Source: Acutalibacteraceae bacterium
Lineage (GTDB): Bacteria > Bacillota > Clostridia > Oscillospirales > Acutalibacteraceae
Direction: 5' to 3'
Length of the DNA stretch: 64,000 nt
NCBI GenBank assembly: GCA_045539925.1
Contig: JAZQGH010000121.1
Location: 8,572-72,571, forward strand
The notes under the pieces are model-generated. The model had not been told where the DNA came from. It did no database searches and was given only the letters and a program-made list of their open reading frames with translations. Shown piece by piece: positions 35,942 to 45,770 of the stretch. The position numbers were made by a program, and so were the translations under genes. The first letter of the stretch is position 1; each line of letters begins with the position of its first letter.

Positions 35942-38900
35942 TTATTTTTTGCGTTTAAAGACAAATCTTTGCACAAGGAAGCAGGCAAGAATGCTGAGGC
36001 CTGTGGGAAGAAATCCGAATGCCAGGGCATCCCAAATCGAATAAATATCGAAAATCATCCACTCAAAGATGTCGAGCTGAACAAACAGAAACATAGCAAA
36101 TTGCAGGAAAACAGCTCCCCAGATGAATCTGCCCGGCCACTTCGCAATTGGAAACAGCTTGCCTGAAATGCGTGAGTTTATAGCGAAGGGAATGATCGCA
36201 CTGAGCATGATCAAGACGTAATACTGAACAAAATCATAGCTCAATTCTATAAGCGGAAACAGTCCGGAAATAATACCGAATGCGGCGATTATGATCATGG
36301 CGATAATACCGACTATTTGCTTTGCAGTCGGCTTTTCCCTTACGCCAGCGAAGGCGACACTCTTCCTTACAAAGGGCTTTTGCCGAGCTTTTTGTGCTTT
36401 CTCGCGGCGGTTTTTCTTGCCGTCGGTATTTACGGAAGTATTTTTTGCAGAATGTGATACCTTTTTATTTTTCTCGGTCATCGTAGACTTTTTGCTTTCG
36501 GGAAGAGCAGTTTTTGCGGGGGTTACTTGTCTTGCAATTGTTTTTTCGCCCTGCTCGTCCCACGAGTTTCTTATCTTATCCCAAAAAGCAGACCTTGAGG
36601 CCTTTACAAAGGGGTCATTCTGGCTAAGATTATCAAAGAGGAGGATCTTTTTGGGAATGCCCAATGTGGTAGGATCGTTGACCAGATGAAGCTCGCCTCT
36701 TACCACGGAGTTCTTAAGCGTGGTTATCTTCAGGATTGAGACCATATTGTATGATATATTATAAAAGCAACCGTCAACACAGATAATAACATCGCGGCTC
36801 GACATAACAAAAGCATCATTATGTTTTTCAACCAGCTTGCCTTTAGTATACATTTCAAATGACCTGATGGCTTCATTTATGTTACCCGAACGATACCGGC
36901 ACTGACCCGCCTTAAATAAAGCAGTATTGCTTCTGGCAGAGATTGCCTTATAACATTTCAAGGCGTTGCCTGCGTCCTTTTTCTCCATATATGCATCGCC
37001 CATTTTTTCGATGCATTCGACAGTACGACCGTTAAGGTAATTTCCATTTACTTTATCTAATATACGAAGCGCCGCATCGTTATTTTTCTCATCGAAGCAC
37101 AATTGCAGAATGCCTTCTGCCAATTTATTATTATAGCTACCAAGGCGGTTGTACCAGATAAGAGCATTCTCGATATCTCTTTTATAGCAGTAAAGGGATA
37201 TCATTGTCTCTGCTGCGCGCGGATTTTTCTTTGTTTTCCAGCTTTTGGTTAACCATTTAACGGCTTCCTCGGATTGACCCTTGCTACGATAGAAGGAACC
37301 GATGGTCAGCATAAATTCGTCATCCTCTATCTCAACGCCTGCAACCTCGCACGCCTTAACAAAGGAATCCAAATTAAGATTCACGTTGGAATTAGAGGGG
37401 CGATCGATATTCTTCTGAACATCCGCGTAGCGTCCGTTCTTAGCATATGCGACCAACAGACAGAGCATATCCTTGATATATTCGTTTTTTGCTTGCGCAC
37501 CCCAATTTGAATTGGGATTTTTATGCTTAAGCTTGCTATCTAAGATTCTGATGGCCTCAAGTCCGCTGCCAACTCTTACACTCAAATCGCATATACGGGG
37601 CTCCAGATAACTCAGGTCCTTGGTGATGTACTTGATCATAGCATAATAGGAATATGCCTTTTTCTCTTCCCCTTTATCAAAATACCAATCTCCCAATCTG
37701 CAAATAATGGAAGTATCAGAATGAGCATTGCCGTCGATGTAACGGTCATACCATATTACAGCATCACCGCGCTTTCCGTTATTCCAGTAAATATGGCCGA
37801 TATCGAGTGCGACTCTCGGATTCTTTTCGGATTCCCATGCCCCGGCATACCAAACTATCGCATCGTCGAGCTTTCCGTTCTTTCGATAAATATTACCGAT
37901 CTCAAGCGCGGCGTTCGTATTCTTTTCAGATTCCCACGCTCTGCTATACCATTTAAGAGCCCTGTCATATTGCTCTGAAGAACGGTAACTTTCTGCCAGG
38001 ATCATTTCAAATCCGCGGTCGGAGCTCGACCACAGCTGCTCATAAAGGCGCTCTGCCTCGGTGTGGTTCTGATTTTCCAAATGATATCTGGCAATGATTT
38101 TAAGAAGGGGGACATTATCGGTATCCTTATCTGTCTCCGCCTTAATGCATATCTCTGCTACCTTATTGTCATTAACAGATTTGCATTTGGTAATGTAACC
38201 GATCATAAGCTTCTCAATGTCGGACCTGCGACCTGCCTTAAGGTACGAGTCCGCAACCGCAAATACTACCCTCGAGTATGCGCTGATCTCGCCTGGCGCA
38301 AGCTGGAGTTTATCATTGAGACTCAAATAGATCTCATAATATGGAATCGCTTCATTTTCTTTGCCGGTTGATGCGTAAAGATCGGCAAGGCGCAGGTTGA
38401 TATCAGCACTCTCGCCGGCCTTGGAAAGTCTATCATACCAAAGGACCGAATTTTCAAGATCACCCTTATCCAGATAATATTCAAGAATGCGCTCGATTAC
38501 CTTTTCGCTGAGCTTTTCATTCCCGTATTTCAGATACTCGCAAACAGCATCCTCCTTATGTCCCTTGGAATAAATAGCATCACCGAGCTTCATTGTCAGG
38601 CTCTTCAGCCTTGTCTTATATTCAGGTCCCTTGCCGCGAGCGATGTTCTCATCACGCTTTTTTTCATAAATGGGGATAATGCCTCTTATATCGCTCAAGC
38701 CTACGAGGTTGGGGGACTTTTTCTCAATTTCCTCAAAACAGCTTATGGCTTTTTCGGGATCGTTCTTTTTGTAATACTCCAGCAAGAATGAACACATTTC
38801 GTAGTTGTATTCCTCGCTGCAATACTCTGCGTAAAGCTCTTCGACAGCACCCGTATCGCCGCTGTTGTTATATATATTGCCAAGGAGAAGGTACCATACC

Positions 38901-39706
38901 TCTACAGCCTTAAGATCGCCTCTTTTTTTGTAGAGATCAATAACTGCGCGTGCGACAGATACCTTTTCTTCATCCGATAAGCAATTGTATTCTTTGTTTC
39001 GTGTGATGTTGCTGACAGCACGGACCCTTTCAATGCACTTATGCATTTTTTCTTCTGTGGTGCTATCGCTGTATTTAAGATAATAAATTAACGCCTCCAC
39101 GGGCTGATCGCAGGAGCAAAGAATATCTGCCATCTTGATGCCGAGCTCCTTATCTTCCTTGATGGAGAGAGCCTTTTTATATTGCTCTATAGCCTCGGAT
39201 CTCTTGCCTAGTGCCATATAGCAATCGCCCATGCCTGTTATTACGCGAGGGTCTGTATCCCGACTCTCACATTCGGAATAATGCCATAATGCTTCGTCGG
39301 GATCCTCAGAGGCAAGCATACCTGCAACGAAGATCCTCTGCTCATCCGAGAGAGGCTCTTTATCGGAGAACATATAGTTTTCCAATGCCATATCATCCTT
39401 AGAAAGCATACGATAGGCATCTCCGAGACGTGGAGCAGCACCATAGCTTTGCAGTCCCTCAAGCCAGCTTATGACATAGGTATAGCATTCGGAGTCGAAA
39501 AGCGTATTGGCAACCGAGAGTCTCTGCTTTACCGACAGAGAGCCAACGTCAGCATCCTCCGCATCGGTTGCAAGACGATAATACTCCGCCGCGCTCTTGA
39601 GATCATTTTCAGCACGGCATTCGTCGCCAAACTTAATATATCCGTCGAAGCCTATTTCGCCCTGCTCTGATGCTGCCGCGGCTTCGTTTTTCAAGATATC
39701 ATTCAT
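35942..39706 (-). CDS. giant Sel1/TPR-repeat protein (1254 aa) with C-terminal polytopic membrane anchor
   Basis: Many Sel1-like repeats (YSRAWESEKNTNAALEIGNIYRKNGKLDDAIVWYAGAWESEKNPRVALDIGHIY...). A basic linker, then ~5 hydrophobic helices at the C-terminus. GGAGG RBS. Confidence 0.7.
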   Translation of the reverse strand: MNDILKNEAAAASEQGEIGFDGYIKFGDECRAENDLKSAAEYYRLATDAEDADVGSLSVKQRLSVANTLFDSECYTYVISWLEGLQSYGAAPRLGDAYRMLSKDDMALENYMFSDKEPLSDEQRIFVAGMLASEDPDEALWHYSECESRDTDPRVITGMGDCYMALGKRSEAIEQYKKALSIKEDKELGIKMADILCSCDQPVEALIYYLKYSDSTTEEKMHKCIERVRAVSNITRNKEYNCLSDEEKVSVARAVIDLYKKRGDLKAVEVWYLLLGNIYNNSGDTGAVEELYAEYCSEEYNYEMCSFLLEYYKKNDPEKAISCFEEIEKKSPNLVGLSDIRGIIPIYEKKRDENIARGKGPEYKTRLKSLTMKLGDAIYSKGHKEDAVCEYLKYGNEKLSEKVIERILEYYLDKGDLENSVLWYDRLSKAGESADINLRLADLYASTGKENEAIPYYEIYLSLNDKLQLAPGEISAYSRVVFAVADSYLKAGRRSDIEKLMIGYITKCKSVNDNKVAEICIKAETDKDTDNVPLLKIIARYHLENQNHTEAERLYEQLWSSSDRGFEMILAESYRSSEQYDRALKWYSRAWESEKNTNAALEIGNIYRKNGKLDDAIVWYAGAWESEKNPRVALDIGHIYWNNGKRGDAVIWYDRYIDGNAHSDTSIICRLGDWYFDKGEEKKAYSYYAMIKYITKDLSYLEPRICDLSVRVGSGLEAIRILDSKLKHKNPNSNWGAQAKNEYIKDMLCLLVAYAKNGRYADVQKNIDRPSNSNVNLNLDSFVKACEVAGVEIEDDEFMLTIGSFYRSKGQSEEAVKWLTKSWKTKKNPRAAETMISLYCYKRDIENALIWYNRLGSYNNKLAEGILQLCFDEKNNDAALRILDKVNGNYLNGRTVECIEKMGDAYMEKKDAGNALKCYKAISARSNTALFKAGQCRYRSGNINEAIRSFEMYTKGKLVEKHNDAFVMSSRDVIICVDGCFYNISYNMVSILKITTLKNSVVRGELHLVNDPTTLGIPKKILLFDNLSQNDPFVKASRSAFWDKIRNSWDEQGEKTIARQVTPAKTALPESKKSTMTEKNKKVSHSAKNTSVNTDGKKNRREKAQKARQKPFVRKSVAFAGVREKPTAKQIVGIIAMIIIAAFGIISGLFPLIELSYDFVQYYVLIMLSAIIPFAINSRISGKLFPIAKWPGRFIWGAVFLQFAMFLFVQLDIFEWMIFDIYSIWDALAFGFLPTGLSILACFLVQRFVFKRKK

Positions 39707-39772
39707 TGCTTTACCTCCAAAATCTTATACTGTCTGTATGGCCCAAGATGGCCTATAGATCCGACGATGCGA

Positions 39773-42700
39773 TTATCTGCTCCTGCGAGCCTCGTTTCGT
39801 CTGTCGATCCATTTCTCCGCCCTCTCGGGGCTTTCTGTTCCCTTGTAATATCTGATCATATAATTAATGATTCCGGTATCTGTAAGTGAGCCCTCATCAG
39901 CGTATTTCTCATAGCATTCTACGGCTCTGACATCACCGCTTAAGCGATAGTAATTACCGAGATCGATAAGAAGCGAGACGTCGGGAAGTGTGCATCCGTA
40001 TTCGCTGTACCACGCGGAGAGCCTGTCCCATTTGTTGTATTCTCTGACATAGGAAATAATTCCCTCGGGAATTTTCTTGTACTCACCGCCACCGATAAGC
40101 TGCTCAAAAAGCCCGAAGGCTTCTTTGTTCCTGCCGCCTTTAATAAGCATTTCGCAGACGAATTCCAGCTTGTTAACGTCGGTAATGACGTCGAGGCACT
40201 TCATATACGTCTCAAAGGCCTTCTCATCCTCCTGCTCCTCCCGATAACAGTCTCCTATGCGCTCGGTTACGGTATCGTCATAGAAGAACTCGGTTGAGCA
40301 TTCAAGATAATTGGTGAGGGCGTCGGTATAATTTCCACGATCGTACCAGACGTCGGCAAGCTTTTTCTTTATTGAGGGGTCACCGGTCTCCTCTATGCAT
40401 TCCTTGTAAATCCTGATTGCGCCATCGACGTCATCGTTGGCATAATAGCAATCGGCTACTCTGCCTTTGAGCTTCGGATCGGTATCAACGTTTTTACATC
40501 TGCTGTAATACCCATAGGCCTCCCCGATCTTACCATCCTCAAGCAGATAGTCGGCTACTACTATCTTACGGTCATCGGGCAGCCTATCCGCCTCGACACC
40601 AAGATACTTTTCCACCGCCTCCTTACGCTTGCCGAGCATAAGATAACAGTCACCGCAATAAACGGCAGGCAAAATGTCCTCATCTGCTATTCTCTCAAAC
40701 CAGCTTATAGCCTCGGTGTAGTTCTTCTTATTCATATAATCCATACCCAACAGATAGCAGGGACGGTATTTATACATATTTTCCCTGTTGCTGCCATCCT
40801 TAGGCATGTAATCCTTGGCCAGAAGGAAATAATGAACCGCCTGCTTTTTATCCTCGACCTTGTCCGATTTACCATAGTAATTACCAAGATAAATGCAAGC
40901 ATTGAAGTTGGGATGCTTTTGAGACGCGGCCTTCGTATACCATTCCAGGGAGATCTTCTCATCCTGAGACTCGTAATAGCGCGCAAGCCTATACTGAGCA
41001 TCGGTATAATTGTTATCGGCGGACATCCTATAGTAGGCAAGGGCAATATCCATATTCTGCGTAAAGCCGATGCCTCTTTCATAATTAGACGCAAGTCTGT
41101 ACTGCGCCTTGCGGTCGCCCATATCGGCAGCCTTCTTAAGATAATCATTTGCAAGGACTATAAGATCCTCACTCTTTGTTTCCTTATATTGATTGAAATA
41201 GCTGTATCCCAGACTGCAGAATTCGGTGGCGCTTATGCTTCTGGACTTGTATTCCTTGATAAGCTCGCTGAGATTTACGTTGCTGTTAAGCTCGATCGCC
41301 TCGCTTACATCACGGTTCAGCAGATCCTCGTCCACGTATTTTGCAAAGCACATCTTGCCCTTGTAACCACCGTAGATCTGCTTCTTGTTGACAAGCTTAA
41401 AGCCCCAGGTCTTCTCAAAGCTCCTTACAAGGCTTTTCAGATGCTCTGCCTTTTTACTGAGCACATCCGCGCTGAAGGTGGGGTTATAATAATCGCGTAC
41501 AAAATGCTCAATATCTGCGGACATATCTATAATTCTCTCAAGCTGAGAATCAAGGATGATCTGGTCGTGCTTTTTTTCGTTAAGAGCGTGATTGAAGGCG
41601 TGCTTTGTCCAATATGTAAGCCCGTCTGTCTTTTTAAGATAAATACCGCAGGCCTCGAATTTTTCAAAGTTTTCGATATGACTGTCAATCTTAAGCGGCT
41701 TGATAGAATCAACGGCGCGGCACCTCTCAAACTCCTTATCAAAGGGAAGCATATATTTTATAAGAATGGTTTCCTTAAAGAGACTCTGATATTCCCATCT
41801 CTTGCTGTGTAGCTTAAGTCTGTCGATCTCCACACCATCCTTCAGCCTTGCAGAAAGCTGATCCATAGTCATACCCGTGGCGAGAAGCTTGTCTCTGTGC
41901 TCCTGCTGTGCATCTATAAGCTTGCAAAGCTGCAGGTATCTCTCATAAAATCTCTTGGGATGAGTGTTATTCAGAATGGCATTGATTGCCTTATCGTCTC
42001 GCTCTATCTTGCCGAGCCAACGCCTTACGTTACCCTCTATGCCCTGCTTCTCACCCGAGTATCGGCTTGCTATCTCCTCAAGATCCTCGGAGTCATATCT
42101 GCAGGGGTACTCCTCATCATATAAAATACGATACTCGTCAATATCGTTAAGCTGATCGTTGATGAGATCTATCAGCTCCTCTATCTCCCTTGAGGAACGT
42201 CCGGGCTGGTCGATTATTCCCTGTATTTTCTTCTCACGGAGTGTAAGGTTATCTATAAGCGCTTTCTTGGATGCGGTGCCGTCGTTGATAAGCCTGGATG
42301 CCATATTGCCCACCTCGGATGCCCAATCCTCGGAGCTCATAGAAACGGTAGGAATATCCCCCTTCTCGTCGGCCGCTTCGGTAACAAAGAGAAGCTTTTT
42401 TTCCTCCTCGGACTTCATCTCCGTATACTGCACCGTAAGGAAGCTCTTTTCCGCATCCTCTGCCGATTGACAGAAACAGATCATAAGGGAGGATGTACGC
42501 ATTGCAGCGAGAAGCTCGGGAGATGCATATGCAGTGCTGCCATTCAGACGGAAGGCCTCCACCGAGTACTGATCCATCTCGGTCATCTCATTGAGCAGAT
42601 CGATCGCCTGATCCTTGTATTTTCCCTCATATAGAATTACGACGTCGATCTCAGAGCTGTTTTCAAGAGCAGCATAGTATTTTTCAAGTGGGTCTGCTAC

Positions 42701-43162
42701 CTGCTCCTTTACGTCTCTGTAATCATTAAGAAGCTCATTTCTCTTTGTCGCATCGCCAATAGCCTTATACGTATCCTGAAGCTTTTCAAATATCTGATAT
42801 CCCTCAGAGGATTTCCAGGAATCCACGCTGTCATAGGCGTAATCATAGATAGCAATTCTGATATCCTCTTTTCCAAGCTCGAGAACGGCGTTGGAGTCGC
42901 ATTTAAGCTTCTCGGACACTAACAATAAATACTGCTCGGTGTCAGAGCCGCAGTCGGCGAGGATCTCAATAGCCTGAGACAGGTCAACGTCTGCAAAATT
43001 GCGAACAGCACGTCTGCCCATCGAGCGCTTGATAAGATCATCTGTCTTTTCAATAATGGCATACGCCGCGTCGGACATTTGCCTCAGATCGACGATCTGC
43101 TCCTCGTTCTCGACATCAGGACGTCTTATACCAATAATAGGTTCTGTCATCATTGCATCCAT
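39773..43162 (-). CDS. giant Sel1/TPR-repeat protein (1129 aa) with ~600-aa N-terminal domain of unknown function
   Basis: Sel1-like repeats in the C-terminal half (GDRKAQYRLASNYERGIGFTQNMDIALAYYRMSADNNYTDAQYRLARYYE). GAGGAG RBS. Confidence 0.7.
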   Translation of the reverse strand: MDAMMTEPIIGIRRPDVENEEQIVDLRQMSDAAYAIIEKTDDLIKRSMGRRAVRNFADVDLSQAIEILADCGSDTEQYLLLVSEKLKCDSNAVLELGKEDIRIAIYDYAYDSVDSWKSSEGYQIFEKLQDTYKAIGDATKRNELLNDYRDVKEQVADPLEKYYAALENSSEIDVVILYEGKYKDQAIDLLNEMTEMDQYSVEAFRLNGSTAYASPELLAAMRTSSLMICFCQSAEDAEKSFLTVQYTEMKSEEEKKLLFVTEAADEKGDIPTVSMSSEDWASEVGNMASRLINDGTASKKALIDNLTLREKKIQGIIDQPGRSSREIEELIDLINDQLNDIDEYRILYDEEYPCRYDSEDLEEIASRYSGEKQGIEGNVRRWLGKIERDDKAINAILNNTHPKRFYERYLQLCKLIDAQQEHRDKLLATGMTMDQLSARLKDGVEIDRLKLHSKRWEYQSLFKETILIKYMLPFDKEFERCRAVDSIKPLKIDSHIENFEKFEACGIYLKKTDGLTYWTKHAFNHALNEKKHDQIILDSQLERIIDMSADIEHFVRDYYNPTFSADVLSKKAEHLKSLVRSFEKTWGFKLVNKKQIYGGYKGKMCFAKYVDEDLLNRDVSEAIELNSNVNLSELIKEYKSRSISATEFCSLGYSYFNQYKETKSEDLIVLANDYLKKAADMGDRKAQYRLASNYERGIGFTQNMDIALAYYRMSADNNYTDAQYRLARYYESQDEKISLEWYTKAASQKHPNFNACIYLGNYYGKSDKVEDKKQAVHYFLLAKDYMPKDGSNRENMYKYRPCYLLGMDYMNKKNYTEAISWFERIADEDILPAVYCGDCYLMLGKRKEAVEKYLGVEADRLPDDRKIVVADYLLEDGKIGEAYGYYSRCKNVDTDPKLKGRVADCYYANDDVDGAIRIYKECIEETGDPSIKKKLADVWYDRGNYTDALTNYLECSTEFFYDDTVTERIGDCYREEQEDEKAFETYMKCLDVITDVNKLEFVCEMLIKGGRNKEAFGLFEQLIGGGEYKKIPEGIISYVREYNKWDRLSAWYSEYGCTLPDVSLLIDLGNYYRLSGDVRAVECYEKYADEGSLTDTGIINYMIRYYKGTESPERAEKWIDRRNEARRSR

Positions 43163-43189
43163 ATATTTTCTCCTCTGAAGATAGTTTTT

Positions 43190-45103
43190 TTAGTCTGTCA
43201 CCTCCGCGGAAGCAACAAGTTGTACCTCATCTGCACAAGGGCCGTTATAATTTCTTCCCATCACGAAGGAAACCCTGGCACCGATTACAAATCCTTTGTC
43301 ATCTCCCTTTACCTGGAAATAAATACCTTTTTTATCCTGCGGCCTGTCGGGATTTCTGATAAATCCATATTTGCTCTCGGGGTTATATTTCATTATTACG
43401 CTCTCGCGTCCGGGCTTCTGCTTGCCGATAGGTGATACAGGCTTTGCCACCTCGGTCTTTACGGGCTGAGGCTTAGGCTCCGTATAGGCTTTGGCGGTGT
43501 CATCCGCCTTATCAAGATAAGCCTTGACATCATCAAGCGACTTGAATCTGATCTCGGGAATCCTGACGTAAAGTGCCTGAAGATCCTTTTCAAGCTTCCT
43601 TCCGTCTGAGAAGAAACGAGTGAGCTTGTCATCCGAGCCTGATTCCCTCTCGACAAAATTCTTGTCGATCCTGCCGTCCTCAAGCATTTTCAAAAGCATT
43701 TCATCTCTGGTGACGTAGTAGTTTTTGATTCCATCGGTCAGATCATACTGATCCACGCCCCATTCGTGAAGTTTTCTTGCATTTTCTCTGATTATTTCGG
43801 CATTCTTCTTTCTCTCGGCATCGCTCATTATGATTAACCTGTTTTCATTATGAATGAAGGCATTGGTGCTCGAGTAAATGCCCGCAAGCTCATCGTCATG
43901 TGCAGCAGGCTTTGACGATGCGAACTTCTGCTTCACCTTCTCTCCGGGGGAGAACAGGAGACCGTCGGTAAGCTTGATTCCCTTCTTGAATCGGCAATAC
44001 AGCTCAATGCAGGCGCGGATCTTAAGCTGTGCGGACTGAATATCCGCGGGATTTCTGGAAAGGTGATGCTCAACCTCCTTAACGATATCGCCGGTCGTAT
44101 CCCCACGAAGCGCAGAAAGATATGCGGTATTCGCAAGCAGCTCGTCAAGCTGCGCCTGATTTCTCTCCGCCTGCCTTTTCTGCTCGCCGCGAAGATCTTT
44201 TATAAGTCCCTCAAGATCGGTAATTTTTCTCATTACCTGAAGCATCGCCACGTTAAGCTCATCCTTCGGCATAGCCTTGACTGAGTCTTCATAATCCTTG
44301 GCATCGCTTCTGTAAAGTCTCTCGAGAAGAGTCTCCTCAATTGCCCTCCTGAAGTCGGTATCGTCGATCTCCGCCATAAATGGGCTGTCTGATACCTCCC
44401 CTGCAATTCTATCAATAGCCTCAAGCTCGGCGAACAGCTCGCCCTCCAGCTCCTTGTTCTCCATAACAAGATCGCTGTACTCATCGGCGCCCATGGTGAT
44501 TCCCGCCATAGCGCTCTCGGTGGACCGCCTTCTCTCAACCGCGCTGCTGATGGAGACGTTAGCCTTGTTCATTCTATGAAGCTTTGAAAGCTCGGATTTC
44601 TTATCCTTAAGACCGGACAAAAGTCCGCTGTGCTCGGATACAAGAGCCATATATCTTGCGGAGTCGGTGGGGTAATTGTTGATAATCCATTCCTCCTCTA
44701 TTGCCTTGATACGCTTCTCGGTCTCCTCTATCTCTGTGGTGATTCCCTTGATCTTAATACGGCCTTCCATAGCCTTATCCTTACCGGCCTCATAATCCGC
44801 GTCGAATTTGTTGCTTTCAAGAAGGTAGCTCCTTACGTGATCGTGAACTCGCTCGGCGTAGAGCTCGAAAGAATCGGGATTCTTCACCGCCTTGTTTATG
44901 TATTCCTGAATTCTTAAAAGCACATCCGAATAGTCGGAAAGAGTCTCATCGGTGGCAGAGCGAATAACGGCAATGTCCTCCTTAAGCATGCGAAGAGCGT
45001 TTACCGAAACATCGGTTATCTCAAGTCGCTCAACTATTTTGTCTGACGCTGTTTCTATATTGAGAACCATTTCTCTTACATCGGTCTTTGTCTTATTCCA
45101 CAT
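43190..45103 (-). CDS. coiled-coil protein (637 aa) with C-terminal cold-shock-like OB-fold domain
   Basis: About 560 aa of charged heptad-like sequence. Last ~65 aa match the CSD pattern (VIMKYNPESKYGFIRNPD...KGIYFQVKG...GARVSFVMGRNYNGPCADEV, compare VKWFNxxKGFGFI...VFVHFS...G..V.F). AGGGAG RBS. Confidence 0.6.
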   Translation of the reverse strand: MWNKTKTDVREMVLNIETASDKIVERLEITDVSVNALRMLKEDIAVIRSATDETLSDYSDVLLRIQEYINKAVKNPDSFELYAERVHDHVRSYLLESNKFDADYEAGKDKAMEGRIKIKGITTEIEETEKRIKAIEEEWIINNYPTDSARYMALVSEHSGLLSGLKDKKSELSKLHRMNKANVSISSAVERRRSTESAMAGITMGADEYSDLVMENKELEGELFAELEAIDRIAGEVSDSPFMAEIDDTDFRRAIEETLLERLYRSDAKDYEDSVKAMPKDELNVAMLQVMRKITDLEGLIKDLRGEQKRQAERNQAQLDELLANTAYLSALRGDTTGDIVKEVEHHLSRNPADIQSAQLKIRACIELYCRFKKGIKLTDGLLFSPGEKVKQKFASSKPAAHDDELAGIYSSTNAFIHNENRLIIMSDAERKKNAEIIRENARKLHEWGVDQYDLTDGIKNYYVTRDEMLLKMLEDGRIDKNFVERESGSDDKLTRFFSDGRKLEKDLQALYVRIPEIRFKSLDDVKAYLDKADDTAKAYTEPKPQPVKTEVAKPVSPIGKQKPGRESVIMKYNPESKYGFIRNPDRPQDKKGIYFQVKGDDKGFVIGARVSFVMGRNYNGPCADEVQLVASAEVTD

Positions 45104-45115
45104 GATGATACTCCC

Positions 45116-45676
45116 TTAAAACTTAAATCTGTGTTTATTTAGTTGCTTTGGCTGCTGAGTCTGATTGCTTGCAACCTTTGTCTTTATATCCACTCTATCA
45201 ATCAGCATTCCAAGATCCTTGATAAAATGCTCGCGGAAGAAGATCATAAGCTCCCTCTCGAGCAGCTCGCATGCATTGCCGCCGAAGAATGCAGCCTCGT
45301 TGGTAATGGATCTGTCGGCGAGAAATTTGGTTATTAGGTTTGTAGCCGCCGTCATACCTTCCCATTCAAGGATCAGATCGGGCATTTTTGCCTTAAGCAG
45401 ACGACTGTTATTAATAACGATAGTCGGAAAAGCAACGTGTGCGATCACCAAAAAGGTGAAGGAGATATTACCGCGATCGTAGAAAAGCTCGAAGCTGTTC
45501 TCGCCCTCGTCTACAAAATACCACTCTGCACCCTCGTGGGAAAGCGGATAAGTGCCTCCACCCCTTATAAGGCCACTCACGCGTCCGTTCTCAACCGAGA
45601 CAAGCAATTCGTTGTTGTCAAGCTTGAAGGAGGCTCTGTTTTTTGGAATTTTGTAAGCGATCTTCGAGTTTCTCAT
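45116..45676 (-). CDS. hypothetical protein (186 aa)
   Basis: ORF with a GAGGAG RBS. No motif recognised. Confidence 0.5.
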   Translation of the reverse strand: MRNSKIAYKIPKNRASFKLDNNELLVSVENGRVSGLIRGGGTYPLSHEGAEWYFVDEGENSFELFYDRGNISFTFLVIAHVAFPTIVINNSRLLKAKMPDLILEWEGMTAATNLITKFLADRSITNEAAFFGGNACELLERELMIFFREHFIKDLGMLIDRVDIKTKVASNQTQQPKQLNKHRFKF

Positions 45677-45770
45677 AATCTGCTCCTCAATGATTTAAAA
45701 GTAGTTATTTAAAGTATTATATCATATTCAGTCGAATTTTACAATACATTTGGCCATTTACACGAAATAA

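Noticed and set aside
40832-41812. 326-aa plus-strand ORF and other 60-260-aa antisense ORFs inside the Sel1, GH65, beta-helix and ESCRT-operon genes
   Set aside because: All are embedded antisense in long, well-supported genes. They lack RBSs and have implausible compositions.
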